Counted from the stretch's first letter, positions 18,785 through 29,373 are shown. The stretch is DNA of 64,000 bases from an uncultured Chloroflexia bacterium (GCA_963840255.1 CAWIYB010000003.1:67077-131076), one strand, 5' to 3'. The notes: generated by a model from the letters alone, not told the origin. Numbers and translations: made by a program.

Positions 18785-20146
18785 TTAGGTGTAATCAACC
18801 TTTATCGGAGCAACACTTGGAACTGCTGTTTCGAGCTCAGTCGAATTTTGATCAGCAACCACTGTTTCTTCAATAACTCCCGATTGAGGTGCTCCTCGAC
18901 CATCCTCAAAGTGCATGATTGCTGGGATGAATGTGCCAATTACCCCCATTGAGATCGTTACAACTCCACCGATAATGAACCAGGTCTGCACACCCAGTTT
19001 GTCTGCGATGGGACCAGCGATGATCAATCCGAGCGGAGACATGGCACCTGCCATGGTACTGATAAGTGTAAATACACGCCCCTGCATTTCAGGCGCTACC
19101 GCAGCCTGCACGGCTGCCATAAGTGGTCCGTTGACGATGGGACTCATCACACCAATAAAGAACATGGCAGCAACAGCCAGAATAAATGCATTTGAAGGCA
19201 GCAATCCGATCACCAGGCAGCCCGCGCCCATGGCTAACAGTCCCATCAAAGTGGTCATTATGCGGCGCTTAAACCCTCCCCAGGCACTGAGGATCAGGCC
19301 CCCAACGATGAACCCCATTCCTGAAAATGACTCGAGTGAAGCCAGCTGGATCGCACCACCGTTGAAGTGCTTGGTTACCAGGATAGGGAGCAGCGAGAAC
19401 GCTGGGGTGAGCAGGAAATTGATCACCGTCGCCATGACGCCGATGAGCATGAGCCCCGGCCAGCTCCATACATAACGGAAACCGGCGCGGAAATCTTGCC
19501 AGTAAGTGGATTTCCCCAGTGCTTCGGGCTGTAAATCATTCCGCTCGGGCTGCGGTATTTTGAAGAACAATAAGGGTACGATGGCAAGCGAGGCAGTTAC
19601 CACATCAATTGCCAGGATTGCTTGCATGGGGATCACTACCAGGAGCAATGCACCCAGCGGGGCAGAGGCGATGCTCATGCCACCCTGCAGCATCTGGTTT
19701 AGACCTTGAATGCGGGTCAGATGCTCCTTGGGCACCATGAGCGAGGTGGAGGCCATCATCGCATTCGAGTGAAAACCACCACAAACGGAACGGACGAAAA
19801 GCAGGGCGTACACCTGCCAGATTTGCACATGCCCAATAACAAACAGGATGGCTAACCCGATTGTCGCCAGGGCGATGATAGCATCGGCAAAGATCATTAT
19901 GAGACGGCGGTTCCAGCGGTCCACCAGAGTGCCAACGAATGGACCGAGCACCACCTCTGGCACCATCCCAACCAGGGTGGCGGTAGCCAGGACCGTTGCC
20001 GATCCGGAGGTCTGGGTGAGCCACCAGATGACGGCGAAACCTACCAGCCGGCTGCCTAATAACGATAATGCCTGGCCGGTCCAGATGGTGAAAAATCTGG
20101 GAGCCCAGGGTTTAGGTTTATCAACAATAAGATCTGCAGCCATCAC
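18785..20146 (-). CDS. MFS efflux transporter (MefA/DHA3-like)
   Basis: WTGQALSLLGS, GTLVDRWNRR, QGRVF. Confidence 0.85.
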   Translation of the reverse strand: MMAADLIVDKPKPWAPRFFTIWTGQALSLLGSRLVGFAVIWWLTQTSGSATVLATATLVGMVPEVVLGPFVGTLVDRWNRRLIMIFADAIIALATIGLAILFVIGHVQIWQVYALLFVRSVCGGFHSNAMMASTSLMVPKEHLTRIQGLNQMLQGGMSIASAPLGALLLVVIPMQAILAIDVVTASLAIVPLLFFKIPQPERNDLQPEALGKSTYWQDFRAGFRYVWSWPGLMLIGVMATVINFLLTPAFSLLPILVTKHFNGGAIQLASLESFSGMGFIVGGLILSAWGGFKRRIMTTLMGLLAMGAGCLVIGLLPSNAFILAVAAMFFIGVMSPIVNGPLMAAVQAAVAPEMQGRVFTLISTMAGAMSPLGLIIAGPIADKLGVQTWFIIGGVVTISMGVIGTFIPAIMHFEDGRGAPQSGVIEETVVADQNSTELETAVPSVAPIKVDYT

Positions 20147-20381
20147 ATTTTCCTTCGCGGTTGATCAATTTTCCAAGTTGTTTATATTATACACAAATAT
20201 TTTTAATTGTCAATAAATATTTATAATTTTTTTGTAGTATATTATTAATATATTCAACTACAATTTGTTGTTTTATTTTTTAATGGATACTGCCAATTAT
20301 ACCCCCTTATTGGAATGGCTCAATTAAACCTCGGGTATAATCATTTCAGACTACCAATCATCGTTCGCGGAGGAAATCAAC

Positions 20382-20636
20382 ATGGTCATGCCGGTGATGC
20401 AATATGCTCCAGAAACCTGCGCCTGGTGTGAAGGTACGGGTAAATATGGACAATATGGTGATATCTGCCTGGTGTGCAATGGTCAGGGTAGTGTGCTGGT
20501 GGCGCAGCCTTCCCGTAATTGCCCACACTGCGAAGGCAAAGGGACGCAAATGTCGGGTGAATTCCAGGACCGCTGTAAAATTTGCGGTGGATCGGGTTGG
20601 TCGCACGTGTTTAAAAACGCATCTTCCACCCGCTGA
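20382..20636 (+). CDS. Stand-alone DnaJ-type zinc-finger protein
   Basis: RBS GGAGG; four CxxCxGxG repeats in 84 aa. Confidence 0.8.
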   Translation: MVMPVMQYAPETCAWCEGTGKYGQYGDICLVCNGQGSVLVAQPSRNCPHCEGKGTQMSGEFQDRCKICGGSGWSHVFKNASSTR

Positions 20637-20644
20637 GTGCCCGC

Positions 20645-21394
20645 ATGCGGCTCGAAAATAAGGTCGCCCTGATTACCGGGGGGACGAGTGGGATTGGTAA
20701 AACCACGGTGGAGTTATTCGCTTCTGAAGGGGCAAAGGTGGCGTTTACCGGGAGACGAACCCAGCTCGGTGCAGAGCTGGCTGAACAAACCGGTGGTCTA
20801 TATATCCAGGCTGACCACCGCCGGATGGAAGATTGCCGGCGTTCGGTGACCGAGACGATTTCAAAATACGGACAGATCGATATCCTGTTCAATAATGCCG
20901 GGATCGTGGTGAGTGGGACAGCAGAAACAACCACAGATGAAGATTGGGACGACACCCTGCAGTTAAATGTGACCGCGGTCTGGCGCATGTCTAAACTGGT
21001 GCTGCCGGTGATGCGCGCCCAGGGCGGTGGGGTGATCATCAACAACGCCTCAGATTGGGCCTTCATCGGTGCCCCGGCGGTTGTGGCATACTGCACATCC
21101 AAAGGTGCAGTGGTGCAGATGACGCGGGCCATGGCGATCGACCACGCTGCCGAAAACATACGAATCAATGCCGTTTGCCCGGGAGATACTTTCGTTGACC
21201 GCTGGGTGAAAGAGGGCTATTACCGGGTATCCGGCGGGGTCAGCGAGGCTGAAGCGCGCAAGACTGACCTGCCGATGGGACGTGTGGCTGAGACGATTGA
21301 AATCGCCCGCGCCGTCTTATTCCTGGCATCTGACGATTCAAGTTTTATGACCGGATCCGCACTGGTTGTAGATGGGGGAAGTACCGCCCGCTAG
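20645..21394 (+). CDS. Short-chain dehydrogenase/reductase
   Basis: TGGTSGIG, NNAG, YCTSK. Confidence 0.92.
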   Translation: MRLENKVALITGGTSGIGKTTVELFASEGAKVAFTGRRTQLGAELAEQTGGLYIQADHRRMEDCRRSVTETISKYGQIDILFNNAGIVVSGTAETTTDEDWDDTLQLNVTAVWRMSKLVLPVMRAQGGGVIINNASDWAFIGAPAVVAYCTSKGAVVQMTRAMAIDHAAENIRINAVCPGDTFVDRWVKEGYYRVSGGVSEAEARKTDLPMGRVAETIEIARAVLFLASDDSSFMTGSALVVDGGSTAR

Positions 21395-21413
21395 AGGCTG
21401 CTTACCAGATCGA

Positions 21414-22232
21414 TCATTCCATCATATCGAAGACAGCATATAACATCAGCCCGGTGGCGATCGCCAGGTTGAGGGAGGTCACCCGACCCTGCATGGGAAT
21501 TTTCAACATCACCTCACAGGCTGCCGATTGAGCAGGGGTCAGACCTTCGCGCTCGCTGCCCATCAATAAAATCAGCGGCTGCTCAAAGTGGTCGATTTGG
21601 CGGTAATCCCGGTCGGCATGGGCTGAGGTACCATAGACCTTGACCCCGTTAGCTTTCACCCAACGCACAAAATCTGTAAAAACTGCGGAGACCATTGGAT
21701 ACCAGAATATTGACCCCATACTGGCACGTACACAGTTGGGATGATAGGGGTCAGCGCTGAATTGGTTATTGTCCGGATCGTCCAGCAGGAGTAATCCGCT
21801 GGCACCCACGGCATCGATTGTGCGCAGGATTGTACCAATATTGCCGGGGTCCTGGGGTGCGACCAGTGCCACGCCCCAGGGGAAGTTCTTCGGAGTTAGC
21901 GAATCGAGGTGCAAACCGGGCTTGTGGATGACCGCGAGGATCCCTTGCGGGTTATCCTTCCCTGCCATACCAGCGAAGGTGCTGGCGTCCACGGCATAAC
22001 AAGGGATTCCTTGCTGCGATTGCTCGTGGATCAGCGCGAGGGCAAAGTCACTGGTGAGGATATCGGGGGCATAGCAAATATATTCGACCCGCACATGGGC
22101 GGCGCTGGCCTCGCCTACGTGGCGAATACCTTCGGCAACGAACAAACCACTGCTTTCGCGTTCCTTGCGCTGCTCGATTAGCTGGCGGACCAGTTTAATC
22201 TTGGGGTTGGAACGGCTGGTTAGAGTCGTCAT
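21414..22232 (-). CDS. TrmH/SpoU family RNA methyltransferase
   Basis: QDPGNIGTILRT, MGSEREG, IPMQG..SLN. Confidence 0.92.
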   Translation of the reverse strand: MTTLTSRSNPKIKLVRQLIEQRKERESSGLFVAEGIRHVGEASAAHVRVEYICYAPDILTSDFALALIHEQSQQGIPCYAVDASTFAGMAGKDNPQGILAVIHKPGLHLDSLTPKNFPWGVALVAPQDPGNIGTILRTIDAVGASGLLLLDDPDNNQFSADPYHPNCVRASMGSIFWYPMVSAVFTDFVRWVKANGVKVYGTSAHADRDYRQIDHFEQPLILLMGSEREGLTPAQSAACEVMLKIPMQGRVTSLNLAIATGLMLYAVFDMME

Positions 22233-23904
22233 TCTGATCCAGTGGAATCCAGGTCAGGACCGAGGTACCTTTCCCAGGCTCAGAATTGACCTCGATATCT
22301 CCGCCCATTTTACGCGCCCGGGTGCGCATGTTAGCCAAACCATGCCCGAGTGCCAGGCTCATCTTACTCAAATCAAAGCCGATCCCATCATCGGAGATCT
22401 CCATCCTGATCTGCCCAGGTTCCGTCCATAGCTTCATTTTTACCTGGTGTGCCTCGGCGTGCTTGGCGGAATTCGCTAACGCCTCCTGGGAGATATGGAA
22501 TAACGCGGTGGAAATCGCAGTTGGAAGGATCAGAGAGCCAGTATCAGGTCCGGTGAGGTTGATCGCCAGCTGGGTATTGGCGCGGGTTTCATCAATGAGG
22601 CGTTGCAGGCTTTCCATCAGGTTTTCGCCGCGGAACTGCCGCGGGCGAAGGTCCATGATATAGGTGCGAATATCACGAATAGTGCTGTTTAATCCTTCAA
22701 TAGCCTGTTCGATTTTTATTAGTGCTTTATCAGGATTTGTCTCCACTTCCATGCGGGCATAATCCAGCGCCAATCCTACCGCATAGATAGATTGGATGAT
22801 GCCGTCATGCAGATCCATGCCGATGCGCTCGCGTTCTTCGAGCACCGCCAGTCGTCGGTTTTGCTGGTTCAGGCGCACATTTTCGATCGTGATACCCGTC
22901 CAGGTGCCGATTGAGGTGAGCAGGTTGATCTCGCGCGGCTCGAGTCGTTGCAGCTTGCGGGTGGCAATCCCCATCACACCGATGATGTTGGTATGGGCAG
23001 TCAAAGGGATACATGCCAGGCACCGGTAACCCGCATCCACCACCTGGCGGCGTAAAAAGCGTACGTCCTGCTCGAGCGAGCTGCTTACAAGTGGTTTACC
23101 ATTCTCTGCCACCAGTCCTACGAATCCTTCGCCCAGCCTGAACTGGTCCTTGCTCCAGAACACAAGGGTGTCTTCACCCTGATGCATCGCCATGCGGAGT
23201 GATAAACCGTCTTCTTCGGTCAGGAACACCTCGCCCGCCTCAACATCCAAGTAGGACATGACGAAGTCAAGGGTCTTTTCAAGAATTTTATCGATCTCAA
23301 AGGTGTTGGCGAGCATCTCCCCGATGTCATTGAGCAGCTTCAGGTCCTTGTTGCGCTGGGAGAGTGACTGATCGCGCTCCACCAGGTCGTTATACATGCG
23401 GGCGTTTAAAATTGCCACTGCCGCATATGCGGCTAACATTTCAATCACACGTTCATCATCACGGGTGAACTCGGTGTAATCTTCCTTATCGGTCAGGTAT
23501 ATTTGTCCTAACAGCTGGTTCCCCGATAATATCGGCACACCGAGAAAGGATGTCATTGGCGGGTGGTTGGGCGGGAAACCAACACTGCGCATATCCTGGG
23601 ACATATCAGGGACGCGTATCGTCCGCTTTTCCTTGGCAATTGCGCCAATCAAGCCGAGACCTATCGGTGGGTGTGCCATCAGATTGGTTTCGCCAGACGT
23701 CATGCCAACGGGGATAAAATGTACCAGTTTCGCGTGTTCATCCAACACCCCCAGAGCAGCGTAACGCGCTCCGGCTTGCTCACGGGCAAGCTGCGCGATC
23801 CTTTCCAACACCACCTCCAGTGATAGATCACTTACCAGCTCGAGGCTGGCGCGATGCAGCGCCACCAGACGGGCTTCGATTTGTTCACGGGTTAACAATA
23901 CCAT
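22195..23904 (-). CDS. GAF-GAF sensor histidine kinase (HisKA_3, DosS/DevS-like)
   Basis: GFPPNHPPMTSFLGVPI, ERERIGMDLHD, QEALAN..KHA, DDGIGF, GHGL.NM. Confidence 0.9.
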   Translation of the reverse strand: MVLLTREQIEARLVALHRASLELVSDLSLEVVLERIAQLAREQAGARYAALGVLDEHAKLVHFIPVGMTSGETNLMAHPPIGLGLIGAIAKEKRTIRVPDMSQDMRSVGFPPNHPPMTSFLGVPILSGNQLLGQIYLTDKEDYTEFTRDDERVIEMLAAYAAVAILNARMYNDLVERDQSLSQRNKDLKLLNDIGEMLANTFEIDKILEKTLDFVMSYLDVEAGEVFLTEEDGLSLRMAMHQGEDTLVFWSKDQFRLGEGFVGLVAENGKPLVSSSLEQDVRFLRRQVVDAGYRCLACIPLTAHTNIIGVMGIATRKLQRLEPREINLLTSIGTWTGITIENVRLNQQNRRLAVLEERERIGMDLHDGIIQSIYAVGLALDYARMEVETNPDKALIKIEQAIEGLNSTIRDIRTYIMDLRPRQFRGENLMESLQRLIDETRANTQLAINLTGPDTGSLILPTAISTALFHISQEALANSAKHAEAHQVKMKLWTEPGQIRMEISDDGIGFDLSKMSLALGHGLANMRTRARKMGGDIEVNSEPGKGTSVLTWIPLDQNDDSNQPFQPQD

Positions 23905-24036
23905 TCAGGCTGCCTCACCACGCCATTATTTTACCTTATTTGGTGATGTTTGACTAATATAGGTATGATTTTTATCATACGTACTCCAAAAACCCGTGGA
24001 AAGCAGTAAAATAATCCCTGAGGAACGGAGGTGGGC

Positions 24037-24600
24037 ATGGCCAAACAAATATTGGTCTTCAAAGGCAGTCCGAGGGATAAAGGTAACAGCAGCATCCTGG
24101 CTGATAAAGCGGCTGAGGGGGCAAAAAGCGCCGGTGCCCAGGTTGAAAGTTTTTCTTTACACAAAATGGATATCCATCCCTGCGATGCCTGCGATATTTG
24201 CCAGGAGACAGAAGTGTGTGTGCTGGGGGATGATATGCAGCAGCTGTATCCCAGGCTGCGCCAGGCTGATGCAATCGTGATCGCCTCTCCAATCTATTGG
24301 TTCACCATCAGCGCCCAGACCAAGCTATTCATAGACCGGTGGTATGCACTGGAAAGCTCACAGGGCTCCGCCCTCAAAGGCAAGCGGTTTGGGATTTTAT
24401 TAACCTACGGCGATAACGATCCCTACTCCTCCGGGGCAATCAATGCTATCCGTACTTTCCAGGACATGTTCCGCTATATCAAAGCAGATATCGTGGGGAT
24501 GGTCTACGGAACTGCAAATAAGGAGGGAGACGTCTTGAACCAGCCGGATCTGTTGGAAAGCGCTTATAAACTGGGCGAAAAACTCGCTACTCACCGCTGA
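24037..24600 (+). CDS. Flavodoxin-family iron-sulfur flavoprotein / FMN reductase
   Basis: GSPR..GNS, CDACDIC..C, ASPIYW. Confidence 0.88.
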   Translation: MAKQILVFKGSPRDKGNSSILADKAAEGAKSAGAQVESFSLHKMDIHPCDACDICQETEVCVLGDDMQQLYPRLRQADAIVIASPIYWFTISAQTKLFIDRWYALESSQGSALKGKRFGILLTYGDNDPYSSGAINAIRTFQDMFRYIKADIVGMVYGTANKEGDVLNQPDLLESAYKLGEKLATHR

Positions 24601-24774
24601 CAATCGTACAGCACCTATCAGAAAAATCCTATCTTCTCATTTGCATGGGTCAGCGATCATATTGGTGAATTTTTTCCATTGGATTTGCTGGCGCTGCATG
24701 AACATTTTTCTTTGAGGGTAAGTAATTCTATTATAGAAGGCCATACGAACACCAAACCGCAGTGGATGTTTTCA

Positions 24775-25506
24775 ATGGATGGTCGAACCGAATTCGATGA
24801 GCCGGTAGAACAAGCTTTGAGCAGGATTTACGCAGGTCAGATCCTGGATGTTGCCACAGGCAGCGGCGGGTTCATCACTTTCCTGCTGGATAACATCGGC
24901 GACTTCACTGAGATTACCGGGATAGACAACAGCCTGCGCCCACTGGATGCCGCTCGCAACGCATTCTTGCGAGATAATATTCACTTCCTCCAGATGGATG
25001 CTGCCCGGATGGAATTCCCTGACCAACATTTCGACACGGTGTGCATTTCCAACAGCCTCCACCATATGGAAGATTTACCGGCAGTGTTGAATGAAATGGG
25101 ACGGGTGTGCAAAGCCGGCGGGCAGTTCATCATCAGTGAAATGTACCGTGATGGTCAAACTGAAACTCAGCAAACCCATGTTGCCTTGCACCACTGGTGG
25201 GCAGCGGTGGATACCGCCGAGGGAATCCATCACCGCGAGACGTACACCCGCCGTGAGCTGGTCGAAATCACTGATAATCTCGGCCTAAATTCTGTTGATT
25301 ATTTTGACCAGAAGGACCTGGAAGCAAATCCAAAGGATGCACAATTAATCCGCGAACTGGATGGCATCATTGACCGCTACATCCAGCGTGGGAAGGGGCT
25401 TAATGGCGGGGCAGAATTACTGCAACGCGGTGAGACCCTTCGCCTGCGGCTGCATCAGGTGGGTTTCCACGGGGCGACGAGCCTTTTTGTAATCGGGAAG
25501 AAGTAG
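24775..25506 (+). CDS. Class I SAM-dependent methyltransferase
   Basis: ILDVATGSG, FDTV, SLHH, K.GG. Confidence 0.85.
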   Translation: MDGRTEFDEPVEQALSRIYAGQILDVATGSGGFITFLLDNIGDFTEITGIDNSLRPLDAARNAFLRDNIHFLQMDAARMEFPDQHFDTVCISNSLHHMEDLPAVLNEMGRVCKAGGQFIISEMYRDGQTETQQTHVALHHWWAAVDTAEGIHHRETYTRRELVEITDNLGLNSVDYFDQKDLEANPKDAQLIRELDGIIDRYIQRGKGLNGGAELLQRGETLRLRLHQVGFHGATSLFVIGKK

Positions 25507-25518
25507 ATTAACAAAATA

Positions 25519-25543
25519 GGGACTGCCCTTTTGGGACAGTCCC
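25519..25543. terminator. Hairpin terminator between convergent genes
   Basis: GGGACTG-CCC-TTTT-GGG-A-CAGTCCC preceded by an A-run. Confidence 0.6.
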
Positions 25544-25613
25544 ATCGAACAATCTTGTCTCGCCCTTGGAGGAGGCGTTTGAGACCTATGTAATAATCCT
25601 GGAAGCGAATCGT

Positions 25614-25922
25614 TTAGCGCGAGCTGGATGACTGATGGGCCGGCTGTTGATTGGCCTCAACGTGGTCCTGCATCTCATTCAGGCTATATTTAAACTGTGA
25701 GTTATCCAAAGCCTGCACGATAATCGTGCCTGGTCTGGTCACCCAAAAGTTCCGGCCTGCTTCGACGATGTAATCCTTAAAGTCACCTTCCTGGGTGACC
25801 CACAGCATGCCGCTTTTGCAGCTGATCACATCACCGCGCCGGTTTCCATCGATGGACCAGGTTTTATATTTGGCCAGGGTGATATCAGTCAGGGTGTGAA
25901 TATTTTGTTTGGTGTTTATCAT
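25614..25922 (-). CDS. DUF2917 (cupin-like) protein
   Basis: C.SG.LWVTQEGD..DY...G signature; divergent from a MocR-type gene. Confidence 0.85.
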   Translation of the reverse strand: MINTKQNIHTLTDITLAKYKTWSIDGNRRGDVISCKSGMLWVTQEGDFKDYIVEAGRNFWVTRPGTIIVQALDNSQFKYSLNEMQDHVEANQQPAHQSSSSR

Positions 25923-25978
25923 AATTTCATCTCCTAATATTTTATCCATCTATATTCTATCCAATATAGAATAAAATA

Positions 25979-26058
25979 ACAGATGCAAATAATTGAAATT
26001 GTAACCATAACAGTTATAATTGAATACAACTGTGCTTGTTTTTTGTGGTCATAACTGT
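25979..26058. promoter_or_regulatory. Candidate MocR/GabR-type operator
   Basis: ACAGAT (25979), ACAGTT (26010), AACTGT (26028), AACTGT (26053): mixed inverted and direct hexamers. Confidence 0.5.
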
Positions 26059-26078
26059 ACTGGAAAATTGGTGATTTG

Positions 26079-27518
26079 ATGGGAGATAACCAAAATCAGG
26101 ATACATTTTTATACGAACAAGTAGCCTCTGAGCTGGCTGAGCTGATCAGGATGGGTACATTCCGGGCAGGTGAGCGCCTCCCCTCCGTCAGGCAGTTGAG
26201 CCGCCAGCGCAAGATCAGCATCACCACGGTATTACAGGCCTATATGCTGCTGGAGAACCAGGGACTGATCGAATCGCGCCCACAGTCCGGTTATTATGTA
26301 CGCTCGAAACTACCTCAAATGCTGCCGGAACCCGAAATGTCAGCTCCGCAGCAAGACCCCACCGAGGTGAGCGTCAGGGAACTGGTGATGATGGTGCTGA
26401 AGGATTCATCCAACCCCAACCTGATCCAGCTGGGTGCAGCCATCCCCAATACCGAGCTGGTTGTGCCGATGAAATTGAACCGCATCATGGCAGGCTTGTC
26501 TCGCCGGTTGGAAAACCAATATGGTGGTTATGAAATCCCCCCGGGGAACGAAGCCTTGCGCATCCAGATTGCCCAGCGTGCGGTTGGGATTGGCTGTAAT
26601 ATCACCCACGGAGATGTGGTGACTACCTCAGGCTGCCTGGAAGCTTTCACCCTCAGCTTGAGGGCGGTGTGTCGCCCGGGAGATACCGTGGCCATCGAAT
26701 CGCCGATGTATTTTGGGGTGCTACAAGTTTTAGAGTCACTTAATCTACGCGCCCTTGAAATCCCTACCCATCCACGCGATGGGATCAGTCTTTCCGCGCT
26801 GCGCTTCGCCCTTGAGCATAACTCCATCCAGGCCTGCATGGTGTTATCCAACTTCAATAACCCGCTGGGCAGCTGCATCCCCGATGATAACAAGCAGCAG
26901 CTGGTCGAGCTATTGGCGCGCCATGAAATCCCGCTGATCGAAGGGGATGTGTGCGGCGAGCTGTTCTTCTCCGGGGTGCGCCCCAGCGTGTGCAAGGCCT
27001 ACGACCACAAGGGGTTGGTCTTGCTATGTTCCTCCTTCTCCAAGGACCTGGTGCCGGGGTACCGGGTGGGGTGGGTGGTGCCGGGCAGGTTCAAGGCGAC
27101 TATCGAGTGGCTGAAATATACCACCAACGTCGCCACTGCCACCCTGCCCCAGGTGGCGATCGCTAAATTCCTTGAGTCGGGCGGCTATGACCACCACTTG
27201 CGCAGTATCCGCAGGCTGTACGCCGGATTTGTCTCGCAGCTCTCGCATGCCGTGATGCGCTATTTCCCCGAAGGCACGCGCGTCACAAGACCCAATGGTG
27301 GCATCGTGCTGTGGGTGCAGATGCCTGATTACGTTGATTCACTCGAGCTGTACAAACAAGCCTTACAAGACGGGATTACCCTGGCGCCGGGATATATGTT
27401 CTCCGCCACCGAGCAGTACCGGAATTTTATCCGGTTAAACGCCGCTTGGTGGTCTTATGAAACCGACCGGGCGATGAGAAGGTTAGGTGAGTTGGTAGCT
27501 GAGCAGGGACAAGCATAA
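26079..27518 (+). CDS. MocR/GabR family GntR regulator with PLP-aminotransferase domain
   Basis: LPSVRQL HTH; SSFSK, PGYRVGW. Confidence 0.92.
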   Translation: MGDNQNQDTFLYEQVASELAELIRMGTFRAGERLPSVRQLSRQRKISITTVLQAYMLLENQGLIESRPQSGYYVRSKLPQMLPEPEMSAPQQDPTEVSVRELVMMVLKDSSNPNLIQLGAAIPNTELVVPMKLNRIMAGLSRRLENQYGGYEIPPGNEALRIQIAQRAVGIGCNITHGDVVTTSGCLEAFTLSLRAVCRPGDTVAIESPMYFGVLQVLESLNLRALEIPTHPRDGISLSALRFALEHNSIQACMVLSNFNNPLGSCIPDDNKQQLVELLARHEIPLIEGDVCGELFFSGVRPSVCKAYDHKGLVLLCSSFSKDLVPGYRVGWVVPGRFKATIEWLKYTTNVATATLPQVAIAKFLESGGYDHHLRSIRRLYAGFVSQLSHAVMRYFPEGTRVTRPNGGIVLWVQMPDYVDSLELYKQALQDGITLAPGYMFSATEQYRNFIRLNAAWWSYETDRAMRRLGELVAEQGQA

Positions 27519-27540
27519 TTTTATTCACGCTCAGAACAGG

Positions 27541-27891
27541 TCATCGAGTCCGCGAATCTTTCCAGATCTGCTGCTCGTTAGTCCGCTTTGATAGGAAATC
27601 CGGGCACTTCCCATCTCCTGTGCCGGTAAACCCGCCATCGGGCGCGCAAATAACGTTGCCATCAGCGCTATACAGCGTGCTGTATTGATCGCAACATTGG
27701 GGCGGGATGTAATACACCACCTGACCGTTATATTCATAGCTCCAGATGGACTGCGGAGGGTTGCCAACCACATCGCTTTCATATTGCGTAATCAGCTTAT
27801 CCACCCAGGCAGGGTTTGCTGATTGTGTGGCTTGGGAACATCCTGCCAGGAGAATGGACACACTAATGACGATCAGGAAAATGATTTTCAT
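27541..27891 (-). CDS. Cys-rich lipoprotein (DUF6970-like)
   Basis: LAGC lipobox; QCCDQY...CAPDGGFTG.GDGKC. Confidence 0.75.
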   Translation of the reverse strand: MKIIFLIVISVSILLAGCSQATQSANPAWVDKLITQYESDVVGNPPQSIWSYEYNGQVVYYIPPQCCDQYSTLYSADGNVICAPDGGFTGTGDGKCPDFLSKRTNEQQIWKDSRTR

Positions 27892-28074
27892 GATAATCCT
27901 CTGCAAGTTCCGATGAACCAAAATTACATCAATAAGGTCAGAACGCAACGATGGACAGAATTGTTCCAATAATATTATTATATTCAGCAATTTGATAGCT
28001 TTTGCCAGCCCGCACAGATAGACTAGAACTATCAGGTCTGTGATACGATCAGGGTTCACCCTGAAAGGAAAATT

Positions 28075-29373
28075 ATGCCATCAGAAATTAAAGGCTCCCG
28101 CATACCAGGCTTTTACAACCTTGCTCTCTCTCAGCGGTTGGACGAACTCGCCCAACGCGGAGGCCTCTCCGCCGAAGATATCGCCGCACTTAGCGGTCAG
28201 GCAGGTCTCACTGCCGAGCAAGCCGACCATATGATCGAGAACGTGGTGGGTACCTATGCCCTGCCGCTCGGGATTGCGCTCAATTTTATCGTCAATGGGC
28301 GTGAAGTACTGGTACCCATGGCGATTGAGGAACCTTCGGTGGTTGCGGGAGCTTCCTTTATGGCTAAATTGGCGCGTGCCGGGGGAGGTTTCACCGCCCA
28401 GGCTGACCCGCCGGAGATGATCGGGCAGATCCAGCTGCTGTGCCTTGCTGATTTAGCCGCAGCCAAACAGGCAATCGTGGACCAAAAAGACTGGCTGCTG
28501 GCGGAGATCTCGGGATTAGATCCGGTGTTGCAGCGCCTCGGTGGCGGTCCACGTGAGCTGGAAGTGCGCTTGATCGAAGAGAGTCCCATTGGAGCCTTTT
28601 TGGTGGTGCATCTGATCTACGACGTGCGTGATGCCATGGGTGCCAACGCGGTCAATACCGCCGTCGAGCGCCTGGCACCCCAGCTCGAAACCATCACCGG
28701 CGGTAAAGCCCATCTGCGCATTCTCTCCAACCTGGCAGATCACCGCCTGGCGCGGGCACAGTGCACCATCCCTCTCAACCAGCTGGCATTTGAGGGGTAC
28801 TCTGCCGAAGATGTGCGTGATGGCATCATCTCCGCCTGGGCATTTGCCCAGGCTGACCCGTACCGTGCCGCCACGCATAACAAGGGCATCATGAATGGGG
28901 TCGACCCGGTGGTGATCGCCACCGGCAACGATTGGCGCGCCATTGAAGCCGGGGCACATGCCTTTGCCGCCCGCAGCGGTCGCTATACCTCTCTCTCCAC
29001 CTGCGGACAGGATGCCCACGGCAACTTGGTGGGCAATCTGGAGATGCCGATGGCAGTCGGCATCGTTGGAGGAGCCACCCAGGTGCACCAGGCCGCGCGT
29101 GCTTCCTTAAAGTTGATGGGCGTGAACACGGCTGGCGAGCTGGCAGAGATCATCGTCTCGGTGGGGTTGGCGCAAAACCTGGCAGCCCTGCGTGCCCTGG
29201 CAACCGAGGGTATCCAGCGCGGACATATGGGATTGCACGCCCGCCAGGTAGCCATCGCCGCAGGCGCCCAAGGGGATTTGATCGAGCAGCTGGCTTCCCA
29301 GATGGTGGCTGAGAAGACTGTGCGCATCGATCGGGCAAAGGACATCCTGGCGGAATGGGAAAAGAAGGGTTGA
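28075..29373 (+). CDS. mvaA: HMG-CoA reductase, class II
   Basis: MIENVVG, EEPSVVA, DAMGAN, THNKGIMNG, GIQRGHM.LH. Confidence 0.95.
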   Translation: MPSEIKGSRIPGFYNLALSQRLDELAQRGGLSAEDIAALSGQAGLTAEQADHMIENVVGTYALPLGIALNFIVNGREVLVPMAIEEPSVVAGASFMAKLARAGGGFTAQADPPEMIGQIQLLCLADLAAAKQAIVDQKDWLLAEISGLDPVLQRLGGGPRELEVRLIEESPIGAFLVVHLIYDVRDAMGANAVNTAVERLAPQLETITGGKAHLRILSNLADHRLARAQCTIPLNQLAFEGYSAEDVRDGIISAWAFAQADPYRAATHNKGIMNGVDPVVIATGNDWRAIEAGAHAFAARSGRYTSLSTCGQDAHGNLVGNLEMPMAVGIVGGATQVHQAARASLKLMGVNTAGELAEIIVSVGLAQNLAALRALATEGIQRGHMGLHARQVAIAAGAQGDLIEQLASQMVAEKTVRIDRAKDILAEWEKKG

